Source of the DNA: Paramecium tetraurelia
Taxonomy: Eukaryota
Direction: 5' to 3'
DNA: 64,000 bases
Assembly: GCA_000165425.1 (NCBI GenBank)
Contig: CT867985.1
Span: 744,001-808,000 of the forward strand
Shown: one piece after another, positions 20,379-34,169 of the stretch
Position numbering within the stretch: position 1 is the stretch's first letter
Layout of the letters: the number at the start of each line of letters is the position of its first letter
Position numbers and translations under genes: made by a program
Notes under the pieces: generated by a model
Databases searched by the model: none
What the model was told of the DNA's origin: nothing
Seen by the model: only the letters and a program-made list of their open reading frames with translations

Positions 20379-21809
20379 ATGGATTATACATTTATATAAA
20401 ATAGTGAGAATTTCAATTTCTATGGATTGTTCTCCTATTTCAAATTATCTTTTTAGCAAGACTTACAATTAAGCTAAATGATTCAGAAAACCAAAGAAGA
20501 GGATACTCTTGAGAAAAGAATATGCGATCCAGAATTTTCATATAATCCAAAATTATTTAGTATCACCAATTATCCTAAAAGTTTTAATCTAAACAATATC
20601 ATAAAATATTCGCAAAAGGATACTAAGTAAAAAATAATGTCTTGCAAATTATATGGGCTATAATTTAAGGATTAATATTTTTATGTTTTAGGTCTTCGAT
20701 CTTTACTTTATTAACCTATAACTTTTGAGTAAAGTCTGTAATAAATGTGTATGTTCTCAAACTTAATTTAGCTAGAAGATTATATCCTTGGGTAGCTTTT
20801 GATGTTTTCCTCAAAAAGAAACTATTAGTGCTATTTTTTAACTTTATTGATCACGTTTATTGTGAGATATATGATGGAGAATAACCCAAGATTATTCATT
20901 TCGTTTAATTAGAAGTATAATATATGTGATTCTTAGAAAGTGACTTATGGATTCTAATTAGATGAAATAATAGTAACAAATAATAATAAATGCATCATCT
21001 ATAGGGCTAGATATTAGGAATAAAGAAATTATATAGCTGAGGTCTTTCGATTTGCCATTGCCAAAGATCTAGAAATAAAAGTAATGTCTCATTTTATCAA
21101 TCCCAATGATTCAGATTTTAGAACTAAAATGATAGAGCAAGAAAATGTAAGAATTGTATTCAATATTTAGAGTTTAAAAGTTGTGTAACAATCAACCTTT
21201 AAATTAATTAGAAATGATAGGGTCGTTCCTCCCTCACCTTTACTCACATATAAAGGTAGAATTATTTGTGATTATTTATCCACTCCTTTACATGGGAATT
21301 TTACATATTATATTAGTTTAGGTCAAAACAATATAGTTCAACATAAATATCCTCAAAATTTTGTTACCATCATACCTTATATGTCAGATCAATTTTACTT
21401 AGAAGAAACTTAATGCTAAACTTGTTTAGGATTGCATGTTGGTAAACAACTAAATTATGCTTATTTTGGAAGTTCTTAAGAAAGAGAAAACTTTTAAAAT
21501 GCTATAAGAGCTAGAAAGAGTGGAGTTATTAATTTAGACGTAATTTTTATTCATTTTGAAGAGGATAGTTTAGATAGATTAGTTTAATTTAAAAGAATCA
21601 AATTAAAAGAAATAAATCAACGAATTGAATAAACAGAATAATAGTTACAATAATTATAATCAATAAAAAATGAATTAGAAATGGATGTGATAGAAGGAGA
21701 ATTGAATTCAGCCGTTAAACTCAAATACAGTAGTTTAATGATGTAATCATAATCAATACTGCATGAAGTATCAGGTTTTGATTCTCCAAGTTTCTTGTAA
21801 TAAAAATGA
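20379..21809 (+). CDS. Hypothetical protein with C-terminal coiled coil
   Basis: MDYTFIQNSENF.. to ..DSPSFLQQK*; one intron near 21147-21170. Confidence 0.75.
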
Positions 21810-22193
21810 AAAATATAATTGTTTTCAATATTAAAGGTTACTTATGATATGTTTTATAAATTTATCAATATAATTTCGACATCTCAATAAAATTCAGTAA
21901 TACTAAATAAAGTTATACCATATACTTTTTTATCCATCATAAAAAATCCAAATTAGACACATGTTTATAATTGCATTTTAATTTTAATTATATTACAATC
22001 GAGTAAATTCAAATATGAGTATTGAAACTGTTTTAATAACATCAATTAAGTTTATATTAAGAAATCTAAAATTTAATAATAATTTTATAATCCTAATATA
22101 CAATGAATTGATGTTGATAATATGTACAAACATAGTGTTGTGAGGTCTAATTAAAAAATTTACAATGTTAAATAAAGGTGATATAAAAATAAC

Positions 22194-22925
22194 TCAAAAA
22201 AATTTTAATGATGCTTCTAATTCAGAGAGAAATTTTGAATATTAATTTTGTTTGATTTCAATTTTTTTCATTTGATCTTATATTTTCTTATTTAATTCGA
22301 GTTTATTTAATTCCCTATTTATTTGATTAATTGTAAATTGCTCTATTTATGTTAGAACAGACTTTTATATATTGGTTAGAGAGATTGATAAGATCCCCTT
22401 CTCTGCTAACCGATTAAGAAATGCCATAAATGTAAAAACAAATTATTTGTTATCAGTAAGAAACATGTGAATCTAAGTTGATGTTAGTTGATTATTTGTA
22501 TAATAGTCTGCTAATGTTTTGGATTTATTTAAAATAAGATTCATTGCAGTGGTTTAATCGATTTATTCAGTAAGTTATAATGGTTGCTGTTATAATTTTT
22601 ATGTGGCATATCTATTAAATCTCTTTCTTTGTCCAAATTATTTAGGAGGAAGCTCCTCGCTCAATTATTTTTATAAGGATTTAGTGGATTCCTACAGATT
22701 AGATTGACTTAATTTGGGTAATATTTAATTGATTGATCCTTTATGATTAAGTCTAAATTTGGTGTATTATGTTTTGCTAGTTTCATCATCGGGGGTTCGT
22801 TTTTCGCTTTATGTAGATTCATTTTATTCAAATTCATCTCCTTCCATTGAAGTTCTAAATTCTTGTTTCTTCTTGAGTTCTTTGATTGTTTTAACAGTAG
22901 TTGATTATATTATATTTTATTCCAT
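22194..22925 (-). CDS. Hypothetical low-complexity protein (243 aa)
   Basis: MEQNIIQSTTVKTIKELKKKQEF.. to ..ELEASLKFF*; span divisible by 3. Confidence 0.75.
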
Positions 22926-23199
22926 TTATTATTTCATAAATTATATTATTATATCTGAAATAAAATATAAGATTATAAAATAGAGCGAAAAACCATATTC
23001 ATAAATATATTAAAAAATATTCTGAAATACGTCCAGTGATACCTAAATGTTACGTACACTTCATACGATATTAATTTCCCATTTGATAAACAATATATTC
23101 AATGTTTCTTTTATATTTTAGCCAATTTTTACTTCTTTTTATGATTAAATCTCACCTAACTTAATAATAAATAATATGAAATTCTCCTTTTGTGATGTA

Positions 23200-23861
23200 C
23201 TAATTAAATTTTGTTTTGATCATTATAATTTCTATTAATATCCAATCTCTCTGATTTCTATCCTTTGATACTTTGTTTATTGATTAGCAAGGGAGTGCAA
23301 GTATCTACTCTAAAGTCACAGATAATCAAACTAAATTTTAGAGACATGGTTTTTGATTTGATTGACATCCTATTTAAGATCTCATCTAATGAAGATAAAA
23401 TACATCAATAATTTTGATCTAGAAAGTCAAGTATTATCACTTATCAGCCTTCTTTATAAGTAATCTACATGTAGGAATACTATATATATGAAATTAGAGT
23501 ATTCTTAGTATATTAAATTTCAGATATTTTAAGAAGACAGAAAAAATAAAGAACAATACGGATATATTTTATAATTTTATGCAGAGTCTAATAGAGAATA
23601 GCTTTAACACCTAAACCTTGTGCAGGTATAAGAATTTTATGAGTTCATCTATCGATATGAATTTTCAATTTTATTTCTATACTCTGAATTCACTTTTTTC
23701 TAATTTTATGGAAACTACGGAAATTTCAAGTTTTTAAATAATACATAGCAAATTAGCTTAGCTTATAAAGAGAAATCTGAATATAGAAATAAAAAATTGA
23801 TGATCTAATTAACATAGCATCGTTAGGAGGAGAGGTCCATTAAAATCATTATGATTAATGA
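23200..23861 (+). pseudogene. Possible decayed gene remnant
   Basis: Coding-like pieces in different frames (..KIDDLINIASLGGEVHQNHYDQ*); no consistent model. Confidence 0.25.
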
Positions 23862-23890
23862 TTTAATTTTTACTTAAACTAATAGTTAAT

Positions 23891-24281
23891 TCATAAAATG
23901 AAATTCATATGTTTTTCAAGGGTAATACCATGTTTAATTTTCATATGTTGCATTAACGATCCTTCTGAGCCATAAGATTTATTACAATTTTTTATCTAAC
24001 AAACATGACTTCTTGGAATCTCAACAGCTGATCTTCTGTTTCTTTTTCTTTTGTCATCCATGGATAGGTCACTTTCTTGATCCTCCAAAGCTTAAAATTT
24101 CTATAATTTTTGTTTAATCTCATTTCGCTCTTGAGTGACTTATTCAACCTGATATAATTTAGGAGACAAATTCTACATGTTAATGGAGAACTATATTATA
24201 ATAGTATAATCGAATCGATTCCTTGTAGTAGTCAAGGGGATGTTATTATTCTTACTCGTTGATTCCTTCATTATTTGACAT
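23891..24281 (-). CDS. Small coiled-coil + single C2H2 zinc-finger protein (120 aa)
   Basis: KRKRNRRSAVEIPRSHVCQIKNCNKSYGSEGSLMQHMKIKH; one 28-nt intron. Confidence 0.88.
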
Positions 24282-24756
24282 TATTGTTTAAATAAATATA
24301 ATTGCTTTCTTTAATATATTGTTAGATGTAAAATTATAATACCAAAATTTTATTATTAAAATTCTTTATTTATTTTCATGTTATTACTAAATAATCATCT
24401 GTTTATATAGAAGGATATACCAATATATAAATCCAAAATATTCATAAACAAAATTTCTTTTATTTGTTTTTTTTCTCTTTTCTATTTTGATTTAATTCAA
24501 TATTTCAATTATTTTAATTCTTGTGTCTCTATAAATTACAAATTCTTTATTGAATTAATGTTTTTAAATGGAATAATAATTTTTTAAGTCAAATTATTAG
24601 TTTTATTTACATAAACAATTTGTTAGCCAAGTACATAAAATACTATTCAGAAACCAACAATACGCCGAATTGTATAGTTAAAGTCACCTATATAATTCAG
24701 AATTATAATAAATTGATGGTTTTTACAAAAATACAATAATTTTATTATAAACAATT

Positions 24757-25871
24757 TCATTGTGTTTATCTAGACAAATTCATTAAGCCGCAACCAATAC
24801 AGGAAAATACTGAATCTTCTATATTGAAAGTGACACCAAATATTGATCTTATAATCCTAAGAGTTTCAATGGTGTGAGTTGAAATTCTTCCTAATTTTAT
24901 TTGACTCACCTTTCTTTAACTAATTGCCATTAGCAATAGTGCAAATTATTATTAGGTTGTATCACAGCATCCACAATTTTTAATTTCATCTAACAATCTC
25001 AATGCAGCAGCTTCTCCAACTTTCTCTGGATTATTAAGGTCATTTGAATATTCACAATCACATGAAATAAATAATCCATTAGTGCTTTCTGCTACCAATG
25101 AAACTGCATATCCGCTTTGAAACTCTATTCCTTTTTATGATTTTTGTAAATCAGTGTGAATCCAAACATCAGGAATATAATCATTGAATACATTTCTACA
25201 TTGACCAACAACTCGATTCAAAAGATTAGGAGCCACTTTACTTCCTGAGCACACTCCTCTAATTTTGCAAATAGGTCCTCTCTCAATTATAGTTGTATTT
25301 TAAATCTATTTTATTGGTTTAGAATGCAAACTATAAATTTCATATTTTAATGATACATGATAGTGCCAGTTCCTGCCAGAAATCCCCTTTTGGTAACTTT
25401 TAATGAGACATCCCAATCAGGACTGAATTTCTTTATTAAAGGGATATATGCATTGATTATGGAATCGACAGATTAATCGGTTGAATCATTAGTTAGGCCA
25501 TTTAATTCAATATTTAAAGGTGCTTTGCCAAATAAACTCAGAATCAACAATATTTCTAAATAATATGATATAGATCTTTCAGCACCACAATTATAAGTTT
25601 GTAACATACCATCTTAATTTGTTATGATTCCTAATATGAATTTAATAATAATAACCTGGTATATAAATGATTCCTTTTGTGTTGACATCTATCTTGCATC
25701 CAGTTTAGATTAATTGCAATAATTTTAACATTGTCTATAAATGAGGACCTGGCTTATCTATAGGAATATTGATTTTACATATTGTGAGAACTCAATTTTA
25801 ACTGGCCTTTCACTCAAAGTTGAACAGAGTAGAATTTCTCTAAAATTTATCACTTATTAAAAACTAATCAT
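24757..25871 (-). CDS. RCL1: RNA 3'-terminal phosphate cyclase-like protein Rcl1
   Basis: NFREILLCSTLSERPVKI, YIPGII, RSISYYLE, FGKAPL, KRGF, PDVWIHTD, terminal SCIGCGLMNLSRQTQ*. Confidence 0.92.
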
Positions 25872-26045
25872 ATATAAATTAATGGCAAAATATTTTATTG
25901 AAATGGTTGTTTTTTGGTCAAACAATTAAATCTTTATCTGTTTATTAATTAAAGGGAATATACCAAATGAAAAGGGAATTTGTTTTAAAATGGTCACTTT
26001 TTTATCAAAAATTTATTAAAGCTAAGAATTAAATTTATTATTTTC

Positions 26046-27706
26046 ATGTACTCCAACAGATCTCATACATATAGGAAGAATGACTCTTTAAAACTTTATC
26101 CGGCTAGTCCGACTGAATCTCATCTCTAAGAATCAGAATACAAATATTTACCTTTGATTACGAAAGTTAATTAAGAATAATTAGATCCAAAATGGTAGGA
26201 GTGCAAGATAGATGGCAAAAATCTCCTTCCCAGATCAAGTTCATCAATAACCATCTTAAACAATCAGTATATTAACATAATAACTCAGTTTATATTTATA
26301 TGGAGGATACTAGTATGCAGAAGGTATTATGAAAGACTTCTACAAACTTAATCTGAATGCTCAAACTTATGTATGGCAGAAAATCAAATGCGATTATGAA
26401 CCAGGACCTCGTTGCAGACATTCAATTTGCAGTTACTTAGATAATATTTACTTATTTGGTGGATAAGTAGCTGATTCAATTTCAACAAATGAAATATTCA
26501 TTCATGACGTCAAAAAACAATAATGGCAAAAATTAGAAATTAATAAAACCTATCCATCACCATTGGATAATCATTGTGCAACGTTATACAACGATTAATG
26601 GATAATTTTTGGTGGTTTTTATGGTGGGAATGAATGCAAACACTCGAATGATTTATTCAGTTTTAATTTCAATGAGAATAGATGGATGAAATTAAACAAG
26701 CAAAAAGGGATGGAACCAGCACCTAGAGATGGTAGTTCCATAACTAGTCATAATCAGAGTGTGTATATATTTGGTGGAAAGAATGGAGATAAGAGATATA
26801 ATGACCTCTGGCAGTTCAATATGTTAACATTATAATGGATATTTATTGGCATCGACAGTTTGAATGAAGATCTAAGGACTAGATCAGGACATTCATTAAT
26901 TTCATATCAAAACAAATTAATTTTATTCGGAGGCATTCATGATGTGACTTGGGAACTTGATGATTTGCATAGCTTCAACGTGGATATCCAAAAATGGAAA
27001 ACAATCAATGCTGATACTTCTAGGCGAAAGGAAGCAGAAGTACCTTCTCCTACAAAAACCAATAGAAATCAACCAAGATAACAGAAACCAAGGAGAGGAC
27101 CTATCTTACTTAGACCATTAAGTTTGAGAAAGTCACCAAGTCCATCACCAAATAAACTACGTCCTGGATCATAATCATAGTATTCTTCTTATTCTATTAA
27201 TAATAATCCCAATAACTTTGCTAGTCCTGAGCTGAGTTAATACTAAAGTAATTAAAACAATTAGAATAATTCAACTGTTCATACAACTTTAAATAATGTT
27301 TAGGAAAGAAAAAGATGGGAGCAGAAGAAAAAAAAAACAGCCATGTTAAAATTATTTGAAGTTGAAAATAGAGAAATAATGAACTTTTAAGATGATTGCA
27401 ATGTGACTGAAAAATTAAAGACATCTATTATCTTGATTGGCAATCCTAAATAAGACTTAAAATTAAAAAAAGGAATATTGACTGAATTTGGATAATAAAT
27501 CATTTCAAAGTATTGATAATCCCTTATATCGTCTTAGATTTCTTTTACCAATAACAGGAGGTTAGAATGTTATTAATGGTAAGAAACCATGCGCTAGAGA
27601 TGGACATTCTGTTGCTGTATTTAACGATTTTATGATTGTATTTGGGGGTGACAGACATACTATGTCATTTAACGATTTGTATTTCCTGAACTTAAGTCAC
27701 TTTTGA
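26046..27706 (+). CDS. Kelch-repeat protein
   Basis: Repeated R..HS..-IYLFGG..ND-W blades, a long S/P/Q insert, then a final blade PCARDGHS..IVFGGDRH. Confidence 0.9.
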
Positions 27707-27762
27707 CAACTTGTAATTGATTTTAATTTCATTATTTTTATTTTACATAATAACATATAGCA

Positions 27763-28773
27763 ATGAATTCTAGAGAGGAGGATCACTTAAATTAAGTTGA
27801 TTTAGATTAAGCATATGATATCCCAAATCAACAAGGAAGTTTAACTTAAAAAATAAATGAAATTCAAGACATGGCAGCTGAAAAATATGATGACATTAAT
27901 CAGATAGTCAATTATGAAATGAGAGTAATGTAAGAAAAGCTAGGGTTTAGAGGAGAGAGACCTTAAATTTACTAGCAAACAGCTCTATTTGTGGCTGTTA
28001 TTTAGTTAATAATAGCTACTTTTTTATCAATGTTAATTTCATAAACAACGTTTTTAGGACAAGCTTGGACATTTATTCCTTGGATCTAATACCTATTTAT
28101 TTTAACCTATCTATTCACTATTTTGGCTATACAATGTTTCTCCGATAAGATCTAAGAGGTAATACATTCAAATTCAAATGATAGACAAGGTATAATTTTG
28201 GTATATGTTGCGTTCACGCTGTCTCTAAAATAATCTTGATTGTTTTCATATCCATATGGTTCTTTGACATCAGAGTTGAAATATTTTTGGTTGCATTAAT
28301 TGCGATTTAAGGCTACGTCACTCTCAAGATTTACGTTCCTACTCAAAAGCATGAGGAATTTGATTTAAAAGTGAAGGATTTATGGAAAAAGATGACTATA
28401 TTTTAGCTTTGTGTTTCAGTTTTCTTAGTATCAATTCCTCTTATTCAAGATGTATTTTACTAGATCAACCTATATGGTTGGACTATTAGTGTATGTTTCA
28501 ACTCTTCTGATAGGAATTTATACTATATTGTGTTTACAAAGGTTTAAAGAATACTCCTATTTTTCCTTTAATTCGAATGATCTATATTTGGGGGCTTTGC
28601 AATTAGAAGCAGACATGTTCCTGCCTTGCTCACTGATTGCATTTCAAGACAGGAACAAGACTTAAAGTCCGTCTCGTCGTTCCTCGGATCAGAGTGATAA
28701 AGAGAAAGATTATAAGAAACAAGACTCAGAACAAAGAATGGCTGTTCAATCTATAAAGAGCATAGCTGATTGA
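27763..28773 (+). CDS. Multi-pass membrane protein, divergent Bax inhibitor-1/TMBIM-like
   Basis: About 6-7 hydrophobic segments; SNDLYLGALQLEADMF resembles the TMBIM 'EDY..AAL.LYLD' terminal motif. Confidence 0.6.
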
Positions 28774-28851
28774 TACAAGATGTTGTTCTTTCATATTATT
28801 ACAGTTAAAAAATAGTATTGAAAATATGAAATACATAATTTATAATTAATT

Positions 28852-29727
28852 TCAAGATATGGATATATCATCTGCTTAATTTTGTTCTGTTTTACAGAAT
28901 TCAGACTTGGCATCTTCGTTGGTCTCATAGTAAGTGACTTCTAAATCTCCGTTTTATTGTACCACTATGGATTTATCTTGAGTGTTATATAGGATTTCCT
29001 TGATTCCTTTGCAAAGTTAATCAGCTGTCAAACCCTATTGCAAATGCTAATCCATTAACCCATCCAAGTCTTTTAGTTTTACATAATAAAAATCTCTCTC
29101 GCATTTCAATGTTTCAATCTGCAATAATAAATCAGTCATGGAAGCCTATCTGTTTTCTTTATTGGAAAAGTCATTATTTAAAATTTGGATTGTTGCAAAT
29201 GAGGAATTCTTAGATAAGTTTTAAATGATCTATTGCTATAAGATAATCGAAATGATCATACATCTTTAGTATTGTTTTTTGTTAGAACTTTCGGTTTTGA
29301 TTAATTTCTAATTTGTTTGTCAGGATCTTCAAAATCTTGATTCCCTCTTTTTGTCAATGGATCGTAGTCTTTGGGAACATAATGAGTGTCGATATATCTT
29401 TTCATCCATTATAGAAATTCAAGATTATCTTAATATTTGCATTTAGTCAATTTTTCAATTTCAATGGGTTTTTACAATCCCAACTTGGTGAATGATTATT
29501 AAAGGATCTTAAAATTGTTAACAAACTCATATTCTTATTTTGCTCTCCAATTTACTTTACTTAATTGGACTAACCATTAAAAATCAAATACTTTTTCCTG
29601 GATGAACTGCATCAATAAGTTAACAATAGATGGCCCCAGTTCCTAATTATTCAATTTTATTAATCGTCGTTTTTAGTAAATCGTTAACCCATTGCAATAA
29701 CTCAGCTCTCGATATTTCTTAATTCAT
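28852..29727 (-). CDS. EB1: Microtubule plus-end binding protein EB1
   Basis: SRAELLQWVNDLL..IEQLGTGAIYCQ CH domain, KYQDNLEFLQW, EBH motif ERDFYYVKLKDL..IKEILY. Confidence 0.93.
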
Positions 29728-29774
29728 AACAATTTAAATTCAAATTAATATTTAGGTTAAAAAATATATATATT

Positions 29775-30638
29775 TCATTAATCTCTCATATTTTCAAGTT
29801 GCATTTCTAATTTCTTATATTTGCTATCATTGATAGAGTTCAATAACTTCATTTCATAGCCATTACTTCTATCGACTCCATCCCATCTAAATCCAGGCAG
29901 TATATTGAATCTATTGATTGGGGGTGGGAATTTGCATTTGAGTAAGAAATCAGATTGCTTTAACGTAATTTATTTGTCATCTTCTTCTTAAATCATCTTC
30001 CTCATGGGATCATCAAACTTCTGTTGACCCATCAATTGCATATCAATTTACTTAATCTATTCTTCATTCTTGGTTGCTAAAGCTTATTGAGCATCTTCTT
30101 ACTTCTTCTATTTCTCTTAAATCTAAACAAGTCCCTTAGACCACATTTCAATTTGCTATTTGTTTGCTTAAAGAACGGTCTATTTATCTTCTTTGGCTTT
30201 CAATTTTGGATTCAATTATTTTTCCTATTCAACCCTTTGACTTTAAGTAATTCTCTGACCAGTCTTGACATCTCTATGAATGACTTCTTGAGGCTTAGGT
30301 GCTCTCTCAACCGACATATCAGAGTCAGACTTACTGGAAGAATCATCAGAGTCTGAATCTGAATCAGATGAACTAGATCCTTGACTGTTGCTTCTACTTC
30401 TCTCTTTGTTCATCATCTACTTGAGAAACAGCTATTTCTTTTATTTGTCAATGAGTATAGATTCTACAGTCTCTACAAATATTGGCTATTATTCCATTTC
30501 ATCATAGTTTTCTTTGCTTATTACTCTGCCCATCAACACATCAATATTGTCTTAATCTTTAATATTATTTTGATAAGTAACTTTTGTTTTCGATTGTCCA
30601 TTATCCATGTACTTCTTTAAATATGAGAGTTTATCCAT
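29775..30638 (-). CDS. BUD13: Pre-mRNA splicing/RES complex protein Bud13 (Cwc26)
   Basis: [10 protein letters not shown] start, [34 protein letters not shown]. Confidence 0.92.
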
Positions 30639-30679
30639 AATTGATTAATATATTATTTTTATTATTTATACACTCACTT

Positions 30680-31718
30680 TCATTTTTACAGATAGGGTTT
30701 CAATTTCTCAGTGGAGAATTCCCATAACTTCTCGGCTAATTGCTTATTTGCAAATAATGGTTGTTTTATCTTGCAATCTGAATAGTATCCTCCATCAACT
30801 AATTTATCATAATCTTCTAAAGCACATTATAAGGTGGTCTAAGCTCCCTGTAAACAACTCTTAGTGAATATAAAATAAATGGGAGTAACTAATTTGAATA
30901 CGATGTTCAATATTGGATTTCCTACAATCTCTCTGACTAATTCTGTTCGAACTACTCCAGGATGTAAAGAACTATCATAGAGATTTGTCTTACCAACCCT
31001 TGATTCCATGTCTTTTAGAAACTTCCATTGCGTGGAGGATATTGCATAGTTTACTGTTTCCATAGGCTTAGAGATTGTATTTGATTGGCCATAGTTTAGA
31101 ATTGGCATATTGTGAACAATTGATGTCTTAGAAATCCAACTTGGAGTGCTTATGAGCTAAGGATGCTACATTGACCAATCTACTTTATTAGGCAACTTTC
31201 AAATAAGGAACCTAGATGAGTTAGGAGAAATAAAGAGTACCAATAGCTCAGTCAACAAGAAATGACCTAAGTGATTGGTACCAAATTAAAGTTCATAAGA
31301 CTGTTTCGTGGTCTTATATGTTTGAGGAGCCATCACACCAGCGTTATTAATCAAGATATCGATCTATGGGATATTCAGCTTCTTAAAATCCTCTACGCTT
31401 TATTTTACAGAATTGAGACAGGATAAATCCAATTTTATCATGAAAGCTTTGGTTAGTTTATTCTATGTTTAAGTTAATTTAAGATACCAATTCATCCAAC
31501 ACTGCTTATCCCTTAATAGTATCTCGACAGGCAATCACAATGGTAGCACCCATAGTTCCCAATTAAAGTGCTGTTTCCTTGCCAATGCCAGTGTTGGCCC
31601 CAGTTATGAAGACAACTTTGCCGCTGAGATTCTTTTTGATTTTGCATACACCTCCAGTCATGTAGATGTGTAGTAACCACAAAAAGATTGCTATTCCCAA
31701 AATACAAAAAATGCACAT
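30680..31718 (-). CDS. Short-chain dehydrogenase/reductase, retinol dehydrogenase RDH11-14-like
   Basis: N-terminal TM anchor, [26 protein letters not shown], catalytic [14 protein letters not shown]. Confidence 0.92.
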
Positions 31719-31836
31719 TAAATTGTTATGAATATTTATTCTATAAACCTTTTAGCATAAATTAAAAGATTTTGTTATTTTTTTATTGAGTTCTGAAATA
31801 TATTCATTATTAACTAAAATTTATTTATATTAAAAT

Positions 31837-34165
31837 ATGTTTCAATAACGATTTGATTATCTCAGATTGCCTGGCTTTGTGGCAGATAATATTATATTGG
31901 ATCGTATGCAAGTTTATTATTGACTCATAGCTGGGAGTATAAAAATAGGAGTTGGTTAAAATGCAATCAGAAAGATTTTCAAAGTGCAAGATTACGATTA
32001 ATTTGAACGAATGCAAATAAGTGCAATAGCCTAAGCATTATAAAAGAATCAGAAATATGATGCGAATATCCATACAGATGATCTTTTACTTAGATATCTT
32101 TATGCCAATAAATTCAATATTGAAGCCTCAGTGGATGTAATCACAATTGATCATTCTAGCAATTAATTAGAACAAGTGACATCGTGTTTTAGCCCGGTTT
32201 CATGTAACTTGATAAAGAAGTGGAGTAACTCTACGTAAATTAATGATGTGAATCAATAGTTTAAAGGTGCCCTTTATATAGAGGGTAGAACCAGATAGCA
32301 CATTCCCTGTATAGTAGTTTCTACAAAGTTGGTGGATGATTTGGCCATTATTCGAGAGAGCAACAATTATTTTGTGTGCCATCATCGAGGATTATATGTT
32401 TTATAGTGGCAAAGTAGAGTCCTGGATAGCTGTCATTCAAACTAAAGATCAGAGTGCTTACAAAATGCCATTGGATAAAATATTTTCCATCATTAAGATT
32501 TTGTAGACTTGCTTCCCTAATACTTGTGATGCCATATATATTCTGAATGCTACTCTATCTATCAATCTACTCTGGTCATAAATTGAAGGTAATTTATTTA
32601 AGATAAAGTAGAATACATCAGTCCTATCACTCTAGGCAAAATCAAATTCTTGAAGGACAAAGAGTTACCTATATTATCCAATTAATTCCATCCTGAATAA
32701 CTGGAACAATCTTTGGGAGGTGAGAAGATTCTTTAATCATTTTGGCCACCAGATCCCAATGATTACATGTATGATCAACCACCTCAACAATAATAACCAT
32801 TTTATGAGTATGAAGAATAACCTTAGGTCTTCTTTTCTGATAACAATAACCTCTAATACATGAATGAAGCACCTATTTTACATGAGGAAATTCCACCACC
32901 TATTCCTGTTTAAAAATAACCTGAATCTATTCAAGAAGATGTTGTTTAGAATGTCCCTGAAAAAAAGAAAAAATGCATTTGTGTCAAATGTTCCAGAGAC
33001 TTAGAAAATTTGAATTCCTAACCTCGTTAACGATAGCCTTCTGAACCATAACCTGTTAATAAACCTATAATACCATAATAAGAGCCATAAAAGTAAGTAC
33101 CTCAGTAATTGAATGATACTTATGTCCCATATGAGAGAAGATATGATAGTTTCATTAATGATACTAGTTTATTAATCCCTAAAACTATGAATGAGACTAT
33201 CTAATAAGATAATAAAGATGAACAATAATTTGGAGGTAATTCTTTCAACAATTCCTAATAATAACAATTTGGACAACAACCTGAAGCAAATTAAAAGCCT
33301 AACAAACCCTCTTTCACAAATCCCTTTTACAATGCTGATTCTATGCAAGGATCTCAACAAATAGAACCAAAACAACCTCCAGTAATTTCAAATAAAGTTA
33401 GTTAAGAAATTCAAGCTAATATGGATGATACCATAATAGATGATAAACCAGATTATTAACCTAAATACGTTAGCAAACATAGTCGACCATAATAATCTAG
33501 CAATTTTATAAACCCGTCTCAATCAAGTCGTCTAACTAATAACAACCCAAATCTTTACAATTTTCAAAACATTCCTAGTTATAATCCAATCAATTATGCT
33601 TAGCATTCATAATAAACTCCCCAATCCTAATAGTATATACCAACTCTCCAAACCTAACCTCAGAGTCAATAATATATCAACTTAGAATCTTAATTCTAAA
33701 AGATCGATGTGATATAATAGTAGCCTGTTTAAGTACAAGAATTTGAAAATACTAATTACAATCCAAACTAATCCTATTATGCTCCATAACTCTCCAATGA
33801 TCCAAAAAAGAAATATGACTTTAGTTAATGGGATAAATATAATGATGGCAATGACACTGTGCCCATGTAACCATATGTTCCAATATCAAACACTTATACA
33901 AGTCCTTATGTACAATAGAGTCCCCTACCCAATTATAATCTAAGTGAGGACTATAATAAGATGTACGATACTGCAAATGATTACAAGCCAGGAGAGTTTA
34001 GACCATCAACCTACAACTTCACTCCTTATGAATATAGATATAGTGATTAATAGTAATTTTAGCCAAATGCGACTAAAGAGAATGGGTATGAATAGATTAA
34101 TTATAATTAGAACATAATAATTATATCAATAAAAACCAGGATAGTAAGCATGTTAAATATTTTGA
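31837..34165 (+). CDS. CRAL-TRIO/Sec14 lipid-binding protein with long Q/P-rich tail and CaaX end
   Basis: LLRYLYANKF, GALYIEGR, LEQSLGG, then a low-complexity tail ending ACQIF*. Confidence 0.82.
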
Positions 34166-34169
34166 TTGA

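Noticed and set aside
23192..23254. Possible C/D snoRNA (GTGATGT..CTGA)
   Set aside because: Imperfect C box, no terminal stem, and no recognisable rRNA complementarity.
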